Source: a virus
Direction: 5' to 3' (one strand)
IMG/VR virus record: IMGVR_UViG_3300025666_000002
Coordinates: 76,788-140,787 of that record
Length of the DNA: 64,000 bases
This document shows, piece by piece, positions 10,641 through 20,527 of this stretch (positions are counted from its first letter, which is position 1; every line of letters begins with the position of its first letter). Below the pieces are notes generated by a model. The model worked only from the letters and a program-made list of their open reading frames with translations. It did no database searches and was not told the DNA's origin. A program made the position numbers and the translations under genes.

Positions 10641-12407
10641 TTATCCAGCTGACATGTCAGACAATTTTTGTATAGCGTCTTCGCTAAAGCCTTGAGCTAG
10701 TCTATCTTTATTTCCATATGCAGATACATTTACAAGATTGTCTATGTCTCCACCATATTCTGGCTGTAGATACATTCTACCTTTTCCAGCATTAAACATA
10801 CTCTCAATCTCACCCTTATCGCGCATTCTAGCAGGTTTAAGTGTAATTTCAACCTTTAGTTTAGAAGGAAAATCTTCATAACCAAACGGCCCTTCAAATG
10901 AGAAGCTAGAATCAGTACACGCAAGATTACCAACCATCATAATCGGGTTCAGTGGATTACCGATAGTTAAATGCCACTGCCCAGTAGGGTCTCCGGTTAA
11001 AAGTGAGTTAACAATCGCGCCACCCTGTGGCCCATTAAATAATTTCATAAGACCACCACCAATAACGTTATTTAAGATCTTAGAGTCTCCAAGATTACCT
11101 GTTTCAAATGCTTTAGATATATCAGCAAAACCTGTAGAAACAGCATTGCTCAGTTGACTACCTAGGCCTTTTAAGAAGCCCTCATAATCACCAGATCTTA
11201 GTAGTTCATAGTCACCAAATGGTTTACCAAGAGAACCACTACCAGTATACCTAACAGCACCACCCCAGAAAGGAGCATTATTGTATGTCAACGCTAGTAA
11301 GTTTGCCATACTGTCCATAAAAGCAACCTTAGGACTTGTGTTACCATAACCACGTAAATCATAGTGAAAAGTTAATTTAAACTCTTGTTCAAATTTTAAA
11401 CCCTGCTCTCTAGCCATAATGTTTTTAATTACATTAAGAGGACCATAAACAGTGTTTGGATATGTCTCCTTAAGTGGGTCAAATCCACCACCTTGTGCGT
11501 TTGCACGTTGTGTTTGATCTGCATTGTAACCGTTTATACCATTTTCAATAGCCTGGAAAATAGGGCTACCATCAATCATTGCACCAACAGCACCTCTATT
11601 CTTCTTACCAGCCTGAATAGTTTGAACTGCAGATTCTTCTTCTTTCCATGGTATACCAACGTTAAACTTAAGGATTTCTTTTAGATCGTTACCCAATGCA
11701 GGACTCAACCAAGTAATCGCACGTGCTATATCCGGCTGAGTAACATCAATGGGTTCGCCGTCAGGCCCCATTTGCCTAGGCGCAATGAGGTCATCAGCAA
11801 TTGGATAACCAAAACGTCTTAGAGTCACCATGTAATTATTAGAAATTTGACCATAGTGTTCACATTGTATAAAGTCAGTCAAGCTATACTTAAAAGCTAA
11901 AGAATCAATATTATTAGAATATTGTACAATATTGTTAGCAGTAGGTGCAATATATGGTGAAGTTGAGTTAACAACCGTGCTATACTTGTCAGAAACTTCA
12001 GAACCTTGTGAGTTTTCACTTAAACCACTTATGTTCTTGTACTTAAAAAGAGTCCATTTATTAAAGTGTGATCTAACAGCTTCACCTTCATGAATACCCT
12101 CAGTTCTGCTATCACCTTCCGGTGCTTTATACTTTCTACTCTGGACTAATGTTTTACCATAAACACTAGTATATTCTGTAGGTGTTGGTTCTTCTTCAAC
12201 AGTAGTATTACCCTGAGTTACTGGCTCTGGCTCTGGCTCTGGCTCAGTATAACCATATAATATATTTTCAGGTGTTTCTTGAAAAAGATACCACTGGTCA
12301 TCCGCGCCTTTAAATGGCGGAGAAGCAAAAGTTTCCTCTTGCACACCAGTCTCTATAACTTCAAATTGTATTTTAGGTCCGAGTTTCCCTAGATATTGGT
12401 AAGCCAT
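10641..12407 (-). CDS. virion structural protein (baseplate/tail-tube cap-like)
   Basis: 588-aa ORF heading the baseplate operon, preceded by GATATATA motif. Confidence 0.45.
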   Translation of the reverse strand: MAYQYLGKLGPKIQFEVIETGVQEETFASPPFKGADDQWYLFQETPENILYGYTEPEPEPEPVTQGNTTVEEEPTPTEYTSVYGKTLVQSRKYKAPEGDSRTEGIHEGEAVRSHFNKWTLFKYKNISGLSENSQGSEVSDKYSTVVNSTSPYIAPTANNIVQYSNNIDSLAFKYSLTDFIQCEHYGQISNNYMVTLRRFGYPIADDLIAPRQMGPDGEPIDVTQPDIARAITWLSPALGNDLKEILKFNVGIPWKEEESAVQTIQAGKKNRGAVGAMIDGSPIFQAIENGINGYNADQTQRANAQGGGFDPLKETYPNTVYGPLNVIKNIMAREQGLKFEQEFKLTFHYDLRGYGNTSPKVAFMDSMANLLALTYNNAPFWGGAVRYTGSGSLGKPFGDYELLRSGDYEGFLKGLGSQLSNAVSTGFADISKAFETGNLGDSKILNNVIGGGLMKLFNGPQGGAIVNSLLTGDPTGQWHLTIGNPLNPIMMVGNLACTDSSFSFEGPFGYEDFPSKLKVEITLKPARMRDKGEIESMFNAGKGRMYLQPEYGGDIDNLVNVSAYGNKDRLAQGFSEDAIQKLSDMSAG

Positions 12408-12445
12408 TAAATCACTATTCTTTTTTTATATATATCCAGCTCTAC

Positions 12446-13051
12446 TTAAACCCACTCAGAGTTGTCCATCTCAGATGTATCTGGGCGGTAAAGCAATTCG
12501 TCTACCCAGTCTTTTTGCTTAGGGTATCTATCTCCTAAAAACTTCTCTAGTGCTTTAATGTATTCACCTCGAGTATGGAAATAGTATGGGCCTTTAGAAT
12601 AGACCGTACGATTAACTAGTTCATAGAGTTCTTTCAGTTTTAACTCAATATGAAAGGATTGGATATTATTGAAGAGCTCTTCTTGTTCTGCTCTAGTCCT
12701 TGTGCAAAAGACAGAGTCAACAACAATCATGTATTTTTGCCAGTTCTGGCCACCAAAGACCTCATCTTCTAAGATCTTTACTTTAGAATAGTTTTCACGT
12801 TTAAGGTTGATCTTTGTGTCGTGGCCTTCAAAGTCTCTAATGAATCGGCCACCAAACAGATTCTGCTTTAAAAAGTAGATTTGATCGTAGAACTTAAGTA
12901 CTTTAATCTGATACTGTGGATTGATGTCGTCGAACTTGACGTCATAAATGATAGCTCTGACTGGGAAAAGTACGTTTGGTTTTTGTGTAGTTGAGATTAG
13001 CGCATGTATCTTTTCACCTTTTGCAAAAAGTTTGTGCTTAATCATTGTCAA
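12446..13051 (-). CDS. hypothetical protein
   Basis: 201-aa ORF in tight operon. Confidence 0.7.
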   Translation of the reverse strand: MTMIKHKLFAKGEKIHALISTTQKPNVLFPVRAIIYDVKFDDINPQYQIKVLKFYDQIYFLKQNLFGGRFIRDFEGHDTKINLKRENYSKVKILEDEVFGGQNWQKYMIVVDSVFCTRTRAEQEELFNNIQSFHIELKLKELYELVNRTVYSKGPYYFHTRGEYIKALEKFLGDRYPKQKDWVDELLYRPDTSEMDNSEWV

Positions 13052-13445
13052 TGAATTTTACATTGTTAAATTTACTTAAGACGCCCTGCTTTGGGTAATC
13101 AGATCTGTTAATCACAGTTAGATTAAGCTCTATCTCAGAATCAAAGAGCCCAGACATAAAATCATGAACACCGGTGACTGAATCTTGATCTAAGTTGTTA
13201 AACATATAGGCTATAGAAAAGTCATCAGACTCACTCTCTATTTTAGAGTTGAGTGCTCTCATAATCATTTTACGGATATAAAGCGTAATGATAACATCAG
13301 AAGGCTCCTCGTTATACGGATCACTCTTCATCAGTCTATTAAAAATATCGGAATAAGATATTGCTAAGTCATGACCATTAGACCTATACAATTTATCAAA
13401 CTCCGTTCTAGTTTTACACCAAACGCATTCTATCCTAAAATTCAT
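13038..13445 (-). CDS. hypothetical protein
   Basis: 135-aa ORF overlapping neighbours. Confidence 0.7.
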   Translation of the reverse strand: MNFRIECVWCKTRTEFDKLYRSNGHDLAISYSDIFNRLMKSDPYNEEPSDVIITLYIRKMIMRALNSKIESESDDFSIAYMFNNLDQDSVTGVHDFMSGLFDSEIELNLTVINRSDYPKQGVLSKFNNVKFIDND

Positions 13446-13765
13446 TACTTTAATTGCGTAGAGAGTCTATCAATTTCAGCTTCTAGCTGCTTGATTCTCT
13501 CCTTTGTTTCTTTGATCGACGGGTTGTATTTAGCACCCCATTCAGTTTTAGCACTGAACATATGCTTGTCGATTTCAGTTCCTGTTTCTAGCCCTAGATC
13601 CAAGATAATGTCTTGGACCAGGTTGACTAGGTTTATTCTTTCTTCGTCGTTGTCTAAATCATAGACAACTCGAGACACATGTTCTTCTCCGCCACCGTTA
13701 ACGTTATCATCAACTACATACTTGATGACCCCGTTATCAGCAGGTTCAATGCTAACTGTAATCAT
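13445..13765 (-). CDS. hypothetical protein
   Basis: 106-aa ORF, stop/start overlap. Confidence 0.7.
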   Translation of the reverse strand: MITVSIEPADNGVIKYVVDDNVNGGGEEHVSRVVYDLDNDEERINLVNLVQDIILDLGLETGTEIDKHMFSAKTEWGAKYNPSIKETKERIKQLEAEIDRLSTQLK

Positions 13766-13768
13766 ATC

Positions 13769-14200
13769 TTACTTTTTGTTTCTAGCCGCCAATGAAGCTG
13801 CAGCCTCTTTCATCAATTTTCTAGACCGCTTCACATCAGCTCGGTAAGTTTCTCTGTCTTTGATTGCAGTCAAAGCCCAAGCTTCTTCTAGCATTGTCAT
13901 TTCTTCTTTGTTGTAGCCAATGTTAGACCAAGTCTCTTTCATTCTTTCTAATGCAGCTTCAAGTCTTTCGGCTTGAGCTTTTTCAGCAGCATCTAGTCTA
14001 GCCTCCTGAATTTTACGCCCATTCTCCATGTTCTGCCGTCTAATTGCAGCTCTTGTCGGGTGGAAAAAGCTTAGCTTGCTTAAATACTTAAGCATTCCAT
14101 TCTGCTTCATCATAAGTCTTCTCTGACGTCTATTCAGAGGCATCTGTGCCTGTGGCGTTGCTTGAGTTTGATTTTGCTCGTTTGTTGTTTCTTGGCTCAT
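13769..14200 (-). CDS. hypothetical basic helical protein
   Basis: 143-aa ORF with NRRQRR motif. Confidence 0.7.
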   Translation of the reverse strand: MSQETTNEQNQTQATPQAQMPLNRRQRRLMMKQNGMLKYLSKLSFFHPTRAAIRRQNMENGRKIQEARLDAAEKAQAERLEAALERMKETWSNIGYNKEEMTMLEEAWALTAIKDRETYRADVKRSRKLMKEAAASLAARNKK

Positions 14201-14756
14201 TTGTATAATAATTAGAAATAAAAGTTTCGATTTGTTCTTTAAGTTGTTCTCTTAGGTTATCTATCTGGCTTTCTACAAGCAGTCCTATCTGTTCATTCAG
14301 TTCTGTTGCTTCCATGTCCATTTGATCCTGTAGCATTTCATAGACCTCTTTTGCTGGGATATTAACCTCAACTAGCATTGCAGCCTTGTTCTTCTTGCTG
14401 ATCTTCTTCAACATCTCCATCATTACGTTAACTTCTGGAGTTGGTGCTGACTTACCGTCTGTAATTCTACGCTCTTGCTTTGGTGCCTCTTGTTTTACCG
14501 CAACAGGTTTAGCAGCGCTATTAACACTCGAGCCAATTGGGTTTAAGTCTAGTGAATAAACCTTAGCCTCTTGCTCAGATTTAGCCGACATTAAGAATTC
14601 TTTAACGATACTCTTGTTGATCTGAGTACCATCTGTAAACTTAAGCCATTTAGCATCATCTTGTACTTCAGCAGGCTGTACAATATCACCAACACGTTCG
14701 GATTTAGCCCAAACGTACCAGATTTCTTGTTGCTTGTCTTTAACTTGTGTAGACAT
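14130..14756 (-). CDS. hypothetical protein (start probably MSTQVKD at 14756)
   Basis: ATG 1 nt after the stop of 14758..14967. Confidence 0.65.
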   Translation of the reverse strand: MSTQVKDKQQEIWYVWAKSERVGDIVQPAEVQDDAKWLKFTDGTQINKSIVKEFLMSAKSEQEAKVYSLDLNPIGSSVNSAAKPVAVKQEAPKQERRITDGKSAPTPEVNVMMEMLKKISKKNKAAMLVEVNIPAKEVYEMLQDQMDMEATELNEQIGLLVESQIDNLREQLKEQIETFISNYYTNEPRNNKRAKSNSSNATGTDASE

Positions 14757-14757
14757 A

Positions 14758-14967
14758 CTATTCTTTATCTTTTTGATTATCTTTCTGAACATTATATGCC
14801 TTTTCTGCAAATTGTTTAATCATCTCAACAGACGAGCTATCTCCAATGATTGCATCAGTCTTCATCAGCCTCTTATGCCAATGCATACCGAACTCATGTT
14901 CACCCATCTTACACTTACTCTCTTCTAGGTCCTCGATTGCCGGCACCCATAATTTGTTAAATCCCAT
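14758..14967 (-). CDS. hypothetical protein
   Basis: 69-aa ORF fitting between neighbours. Confidence 0.6.
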   Translation of the reverse strand: MGFNKLWVPAIEDLEESKCKMGEHEFGMHWHKRLMKTDAIIGDSSSVEMIKQFAEKAYNVQKDNQKDKE

Positions 14968-14974
14968 AATTATA

Positions 14975-16705
14975 TTATTTTACTATCTTAATACGTTCTT
15001 TAAATGAAGGCGGGAAGAAGTCTGGTTTATTTATCAGACTCATAAAACTAGCGTCAATCACGTATGTAATTGCCCAGTCATCTACGCTTCTTACGCTTCG
15101 GCCAACACCCTGTTGAATTGAAACACCAGTCTTCCAGTTGTACCAGTCGTTTGATATGTTGAGCTTAGCTTTAATCAGTGGATCTGCTAAGCTAGGATAA
15201 GGTACTTTAAAAAAGATCTGGAATCTGCTCATACCATCCTTAAGGTCAAGGCCTTCTAAGAGTGAAGGGCCCATGATAATAGAGTCTTCTTTCTGCTCAA
15301 AGAGTTCAAGCATCTCAGCCTTCTCCTTTGAACCTTCATAGTCCATTAGCCTAAAGGTATGCATTGAATGCTGTTTGATATAGTTTGTAAACTGATATGA
15401 GCCCGAGTGAATAATACCACGCTGGCCTTTATGTTTCTTTATAATCTGATCCAGGATCTTAACCACCTTTGGCAGTGAGGCTTCACGCTCTCTATAGGTT
15501 AGCTTATGTCGGTTGACAAAAATTATTGGTGACTTTTCAAAGCTAAATGAATTGTCCATACGAATAAAGCGAGCGCCTTTAATGCCCATGATTCTTGCAT
15601 ATGCTCTTGGGTCACCAATTGTAGCTGACATGAAAACTTTAAAGCCAGCTTGTTCGTGTAAGTACTTTTGAATCATCTTAGACTCTTCTACACATGTGAA
15701 TCTAGCCTCATCTTCTCGCTGGTCAATTACCATGGCTTCTAAGCCAACATCTTTGATTAAGTCACTGTAGTCATCAAACTTACAGTAGACGTCTTTCAGG
15801 CGGTCGAAAGCGGTGAATGCGGATGCCCAATCACTTGGTATTGTTTTCTGACCAAACCTCTTCTTGGCGGTCTTCTTAGCAATATCTTGTGCAGCTCTGT
15901 ATGTAATAGCAATACCTCTAAACTCTTGAATAGCTTTAAAGAGTGGCTCGCGACCTTTAGTTGTCATTAGATCATGTACAACTGCCTGTAATCTATTCTT
16001 GGTTTGTGTTTCAGCTGGTATATTATGGCGACTAATAAACCGGTTAAGGTAAACTACTCGGTCAATAATAGACTCGTCGATACGTGCGCTAAAATGGTTC
16101 TGTACAATCTCATCTACTTTATGTGCCTCATCAAAGAAGACAAAGTCACGCTTCTTGAACGGAGCATCACGCTCTTGTTCATCCATTCTAGCCTGAACGT
16201 AGTTACGTTGGATTAGCCAGAAGCTGTAGTTTAAGAGAGCAACTGGTTGTTCAATCGCACGCCTTCTGTTTTGTAGGTAGCCACAGTGACCATAACAAGA
16301 GAGTTGTTCAGCTTGTTCATAGCTCATGCCTTTCATCTTACAGTCACCCAGACTAAATGGTAAGCTGTTGACAAAGCACTCATAGTTATCAACACCTCGA
16401 ATACTTGGCCAGTTTAGGCTAAGGCGCTTAAAGTCTTTCTCATACTGGTCTTGTAGTGCTAGATCTGAAGTCACTAGATAGCCACGCTTGCCCATCTCCT
16501 TTAGGATATATGAGCTCCACATAGCAATGAGTGACTTACCAGTTCCAGTTGGTGCATCAATCACCACTGTAGATTCTGGATCTTCTTGATAAGCAGTCAC
16601 AATCTGCTCAATCACTTCACGCTGACCTCTCCTGAAAGAGAAGTCCTCACCAAAAACTTTAGTTTCTAGTGCATGGTCTATTATGTCTTTTATAGGTCGT
16701 TCCAA
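14975..16705 (-). CDS. DinG/Rad3-like SF2 DNA helicase
   Basis: Q motif FRRGQ, Walker A APTGTGKS, DEAH, MSAT, QGVGRSVRS; four Cys for an Fe-S cluster. Confidence 0.9.
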   Translation of the reverse strand: MERPIKDIIDHALETKVFGEDFSFRRGQREVIEQIVTAYQEDPESTVVIDAPTGTGKSLIAMWSSYILKEMGKRGYLVTSDLALQDQYEKDFKRLSLNWPSIRGVDNYECFVNSLPFSLGDCKMKGMSYEQAEQLSCYGHCGYLQNRRRAIEQPVALLNYSFWLIQRNYVQARMDEQERDAPFKKRDFVFFDEAHKVDEIVQNHFSARIDESIIDRVVYLNRFISRHNIPAETQTKNRLQAVVHDLMTTKGREPLFKAIQEFRGIAITYRAAQDIAKKTAKKRFGQKTIPSDWASAFTAFDRLKDVYCKFDDYSDLIKDVGLEAMVIDQREDEARFTCVEESKMIQKYLHEQAGFKVFMSATIGDPRAYARIMGIKGARFIRMDNSFSFEKSPIIFVNRHKLTYREREASLPKVVKILDQIIKKHKGQRGIIHSGSYQFTNYIKQHSMHTFRLMDYEGSKEKAEMLELFEQKEDSIIMGPSLLEGLDLKDGMSRFQIFFKVPYPSLADPLIKAKLNISNDWYNWKTGVSIQQGVGRSVRSVDDWAITYVIDASFMSLINKPDFFPPSFKERIKIVK

Positions 16706-17202
16706 CAGATAACTTCTTCAACGTCAATATTAGCTTTCTTTAGTAGTTCTACACCACTCATATCACGATAGTCTTCTGAGTAGTAGACTTTTGAGATACC
16801 GGCTTGAATAATCAATTTTGCACAATCAAAACACGGGCAAGTTGTAGTATAAAGTTCAGCACCATCGCAATTCATAGTTGACTTAGCAACCTTCATAATA
16901 GCATTTGATTCTGCGTGTAGAACCTCACGCTTGGTTACAGCATCTTCTTTAGTACAGCAGCCATCACTACATTCATATCCTTTTTCGATTAGATCTAAAG
17001 TACCTTCTGGATCCTCATAGTATAAAGTATGGTCATCCTCGCATTGGTTATCAAAACCATACGGCATACCATTATAGCCAAATGAGATTAATTGTTGGTT
17101 CTTAACAATTACACAGCCAACCTTGCGTCTTTTAGCATAGCTTAGCTTTGCAAACTGGTATGCTGTCTGCATGTATATTTTTTCAATTGCGATTCTTGGC
17201 AT
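16690..17202 (-). CDS. dCMP deaminase (ComEB family)
   Basis: GYNG, HAESNAI, PCFDCAKLIIQAGI. Confidence 0.92.
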   Translation of the reverse strand: MPRIAIEKIYMQTAYQFAKLSYAKRRKVGCVIVKNQQLISFGYNGMPYGFDNQCEDDHTLYYEDPEGTLDLIEKGYECSDGCCTKEDAVTKREVLHAESNAIMKVAKSTMNCDGAELYTTTCPCFDCAKLIIQAGISKVYYSEDYRDMSGVELLKKANIDVEEVICWNDL

Positions 17203-17215
17203 ATTTCTTTAAATA

Positions 17216-17256
17216 AAAAAGGTCATGCATTATATGCATGACCTTTATAAAGTTTA
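17216..17256 (-). promoter_or_regulatory. class II promoter (TAAAC-N17-TATAAT) whose -10 box lies in the loop of a terminator hairpin
   Basis: AAAGGTCATGCAT-ata-ATGCATGACC-TTTTTT on minus strand; TAAAC at 17252-17256. Confidence 0.6.
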
Positions 17257-17363
17257 TAGTATGTAGTTCTTAGTACTCAGGCTTTTCAATAACACCGTCA
17301 TCTAATGTTGCGCCATATCCACGCTTTTAAACATCTTTAAGATCTTTTTTAGTAAGACCTTCG

Positions 17364-18122
17364 TTAACTACCTGATTCGCTAATGCCAAAGTGTTTAGCA
17401 GCTGCTGCCTTTAACTCATCATATGTATATTTACCGGTTAGTGCGTCATCTATTATAGTTCCACCCTTTTTACCAGAAGCGTACATTGATACGTGATCGA
17501 ATCCAATCCAATCTCCACCACCAAATTCGTTCTTTTTATCAAAACCTAAATCTAATGATAATGTTTTAGAAAGTGATTGTCTTCCTAGGAATTGATCGTT
17601 ATAACCTAATTTACCAGCTTTAATGTAACCTGATGCGTTTACTTTTTCGTTAAGCTCTTTTGTAGAACCATTTACAAATGATTCAAATGTTTTTGTGTAT
17701 TTCATTTTATGTATTTCATTTTTTGACTCATTAAGATCGTAGCCATCCCAGTCCCATTTGAAACCTTTACCGTCAGCTGCTGTGCCTAGATAACCATACA
17801 TTCCTCTGCTAAAGCCATCAAAGAAAATAGCTCCACCTTCTTCACCAAGCTCTTCAACATATTCTCTAGCTGCGTCTTCTTCCATTGCTTGAACGTAGAC
17901 CTCGCCACCTTCAAATGAAAATAAGATTCCTTTTTTAAATGTTAGAGAGTCTCCTTGGTACCATTCTTCACCATCAGCCTCTTCATCGTTCGTTGGTTCG
18001 TCATACATGTCGAATTGTGGTAATTCAGAGATACCATATTCCAAAGCCTCTTTTTCTGTCTTAAAGAAATTCACCTGAGCATAATCTGGCGTTCTTTCTG
18101 TTACGTAAAATATTTTAGCCAT
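17364..18122 (-). CDS. hypothetical protein with internal capsid-targeting-like motif (start MAKIFY at 18122)
   Basis: internal DLNES...MKYTKTFESFVNG...ELNE; start corrected from 18167. Confidence 0.65.
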   Translation of the reverse strand: MAKIFYVTERTPDYAQVNFFKTEKEALEYGISELPQFDMYDEPTNDEEADGEEWYQGDSLTFKKGILFSFEGGEVYVQAMEEDAAREYVEELGEEGGAIFFDGFSRGMYGYLGTAADGKGFKWDWDGYDLNESKNEIHKMKYTKTFESFVNGSTKELNEKVNASGYIKAGKLGYNDQFLGRQSLSKTLSLDLGFDKKNEFGGGDWIGFDHVSMYASGKKGGTIIDDALTGKYTYDELKAAAAKHFGISESGS

Positions 18123-18144
18123 TCTTAATTTATTTTTATTTAGT

Positions 18145-18729
18145 TTAGTCTTCAGTAGCAGGTGCATCAGCCGACCACGCTTCCATCATTTCATCCATCT
18201 TCTTAGCATAGGCTTCTTTCATCTCGTTACATGATGCTTCGTACATTTCAACAGTCATTTCACCTTCTTTAACACCTTCACACGCAGACTCATACATTTC
18301 AGCCATCATGCCAGCATTAAGAGCTGCCATCTCTTTCATGTAAGATTCTACGGTATGTTCTTGGTAATCATCACCTTCATATGCTTTAGCTTCGTTACAC
18401 GCAGATTCGTAGACTTCTTTTAACATTTCAGATGCTAACTTAACTTCTTCAGACTCCTCTTCAGAGTCTTCATCCTCATCCTCGTCTTCATCCTCGTCCT
18501 CATCATCGTCGTCGTCTTCATCCTCGTCTTCATCCTCGTCCTCATCAGACTCTTCGCCTTCTAGTTCTTCAGACTCGTCTTCATCTTCTTCGTTAGCCGT
18601 CTCTATGCCATCGTCCTCGATCTCTTCAGCTCTGTCTTCAGTTGCCACCTCGTCAGTTTCTTCTTCACTAACGTCTGGTGCGTTTACTTTCTTTGAGTAC
18701 TCCTCAAATGATAAAATTTTTCTAGCCAT
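18145..18729 (-). CDS. highly acidic protein, possible internal head/scaffold-like protein
   Basis: long D/E tract, repeated YE(S/A)(A/S)C units, N-terminal ILSFEEY, GATATATA upstream. Confidence 0.65.
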   Translation of the reverse strand: MARKILSFEEYSKKVNAPDVSEEETDEVATEDRAEEIEDDGIETANEEDEDESEELEGEESDEDEDEDEDEDDDDDEDEDEDEDEDEDSEEESEEVKLASEMLKEVYESACNEAKAYEGDDYQEHTVESYMKEMAALNAGMMAEMYESACEGVKEGEMTVEMYEASCNEMKEAYAKKMDEMMEAWSADAPATED

Positions 18730-18771
18730 TTTCTTTAGTTTTATTTTTGTGCTTAGGTTTTATATATCTTG

Positions 18772-19077
18772 CTAATCAAATAATATTTTTACGCTTAACA
18801 CAGCTGTGCCTTTGATTACTCTGTGGATAGTTCCAGCTGGGATATTAATATCCACACCTGTTAGCATTGGAATTGGCATTTCATTGTCATACTGAAAGCG
18901 CCAGTCATTGTCTTCAAGAACCTCTATTGTTCGGTCCTCTTCATCCCAGTGCCATTTGAATAAGTGTTCCGGGTAGCTTGAATCAAAATGACGCATGATA
19001 TAACCATCGTAGCGCTCTTCAGTAAAGGGTTTACGCTGGTCTTCAATCATCTCTATCATTTCTTCGTGCGTTACCAT
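18772..19077 (-). CDS. cupin-fold protein
   Basis: WHWDEEDR...IPAGTIHRVIKG. Confidence 0.65.
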   Translation of the reverse strand: MVTHEEMIEMIEDQRKPFTEERYDGYIMRHFDSSYPEHLFKWHWDEEDRTIEVLEDNDWRFQYDNEMPIPMLTGVDINIPAGTIHRVIKGTAVLSVKILFD

Positions 19078-19610
19078 GGTTGATCTGATTTAAGCCCTAG
19101 TTGTTTGCCAAAAAGTGTTGGCCCATAACAAGCCCAGAAGCCGGCTTTATTAGGATCTTGTTTAGCTTTAGTGTCACATTTATGTCTTGCCCAGAATGAA
19201 GCCGCTGCCCCAGGGTCATCATTCTTAACTGCAAGTTTCGGGTCTCCCCATTCAATCTTCTTAGCTAGAATATTACCGTCTTCATCAGTTCGACCAGTGT
19301 TACGATAGACAATAAACTTCTTATTGCCACCACGTTCTGGTGAATCCAGTTTAACCTTCTTGGCCTTACCGCCACGTTCTTTATAGACTGCTGGCTTACC
19401 AACTTCAAGGTTTTTAGCCATCCAACCGCTTGGACCTTTAAGAATGATGTTGCCTTTATCCCAGTACTCTTTTACCTCTTCAAAAAGTTTAGCATAGGCC
19501 TCACTGCCCAGTCTAAAGAATGAATTGGTTAAGTCAAGGTCCTCATCGATGTGAGCCTTTAGTTCTGGCGATACATTATTCCAATCCTCAAATGTCTTTA
19601 TAAATTTCAT
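19071..19610 (-). CDS. conserved phage protein with capsid-targeting-like N-terminus
   Basis: MKFIKTFEDW; C-terminal SFWARHKC...AGFWAC motif common in large phages. Confidence 0.7.
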   Translation of the reverse strand: MKFIKTFEDWNNVSPELKAHIDEDLDLTNSFFRLGSEAYAKLFEEVKEYWDKGNIILKGPSGWMAKNLEVGKPAVYKERGGKAKKVKLDSPERGGNKKFIVYRNTGRTDEDGNILAKKIEWGDPKLAVKNDDPGAAASFWARHKCDTKAKQDPNKAGFWACYGPTLFGKQLGLKSDQPW

Positions 19611-20527
19611 AGTTCTTTTATTCCAGTTTTGTAATCTTGTTTATGTCCATACATCACTGGAAACTCTTTCTCTAGTTCATAGCCCATCTTCTCCCAAAAC
19701 TTGATTGATTTCTTATATGCATCAATCTCTACATATTTAGCACCTTGTTCTTTAGCCCATCTTTCAAAGTCAGCAACCGCCTTTGAGCCAATTCCACCAC
19801 CTCTTTGTGCAGCTTTAACTTCAATGTGGTTTAACTTAGCCTTATCGCCTTCAACGTAGCCGGTAATCTTAACACCATCAAAACCTGGATAATAATTTGA
19901 CTCATTTAAAGACTCATCCATCTTGTCAATTAGATCTTCTCTACCAAGTTGCTTATAAACCTCTTTGCGAGTCTTCTGCATCTTCTCAGCGTAGTCTGGA
20001 TCGTCGTTGCGATTAAAGACGTATTGTTGAGTTAATGAACCACTAATCTTCTTAACATCCTTCTTGCGAGTCTTAATTAGCCAAGCAGCTAGATCCTTAA
20101 TAGAAAGATCTCTGAAGCGACCTTCAGCATCCGGTGCATCTGAGTGATGAAAGTCCGGTGCGCCTTTCGGCTTCTTCTCGGTAACAAATTCTTCAAAGAG
20201 CTTTACAAATTTCATATCTTCGTTGGTTGCTCTTTCTTTTTTCTTAGCAGCCTTAATTTTATTCTTTAAGATTTCAGCCTCTTTGCGCATAACCAATTCT
20301 TGTGCCTTTGCTGAAGACTGACGTAGTTGCACCTTAGCTAGTGAAGCCTTCATCTTATCAGAAGGTTCCGGAGAATCAGCAAGCTCTTTGGCTGTTTTAA
20401 CTAAATCTTCTTGTTTGCCAACAGTCTTCTTAATCTTCTTGTCAATCTTCTTGACCTTAGACTTAATTGAATTCTTCTTGTTCTTCTTCTCGTTTAAGAA
20501 ATCATTATATGTTGTATTGATCTTCAT
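19607..20527 (-). CDS. multi-module protein with C-terminal GNAT acetyltransferase domain
   Basis: QRGGGIG acetyl-CoA motif, FWEKMGY; N-terminal and internal capsid-targeting-like motifs. Confidence 0.7.
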   Translation of the reverse strand: MKINTTYNDFLNEKKNKKNSIKSKVKKIDKKIKKTVGKQEDLVKTAKELADSPEPSDKMKASLAKVQLRQSSAKAQELVMRKEAEILKNKIKAAKKKERATNEDMKFVKLFEEFVTEKKPKGAPDFHHSDAPDAEGRFRDLSIKDLAAWLIKTRKKDVKKISGSLTQQYVFNRNDDPDYAEKMQKTRKEVYKQLGREDLIDKMDESLNESNYYPGFDGVKITGYVEGDKAKLNHIEVKAAQRGGGIGSKAVADFERWAKEQGAKYVEIDAYKKSIKFWEKMGYELEKEFPVMYGHKQDYKTGIKEL

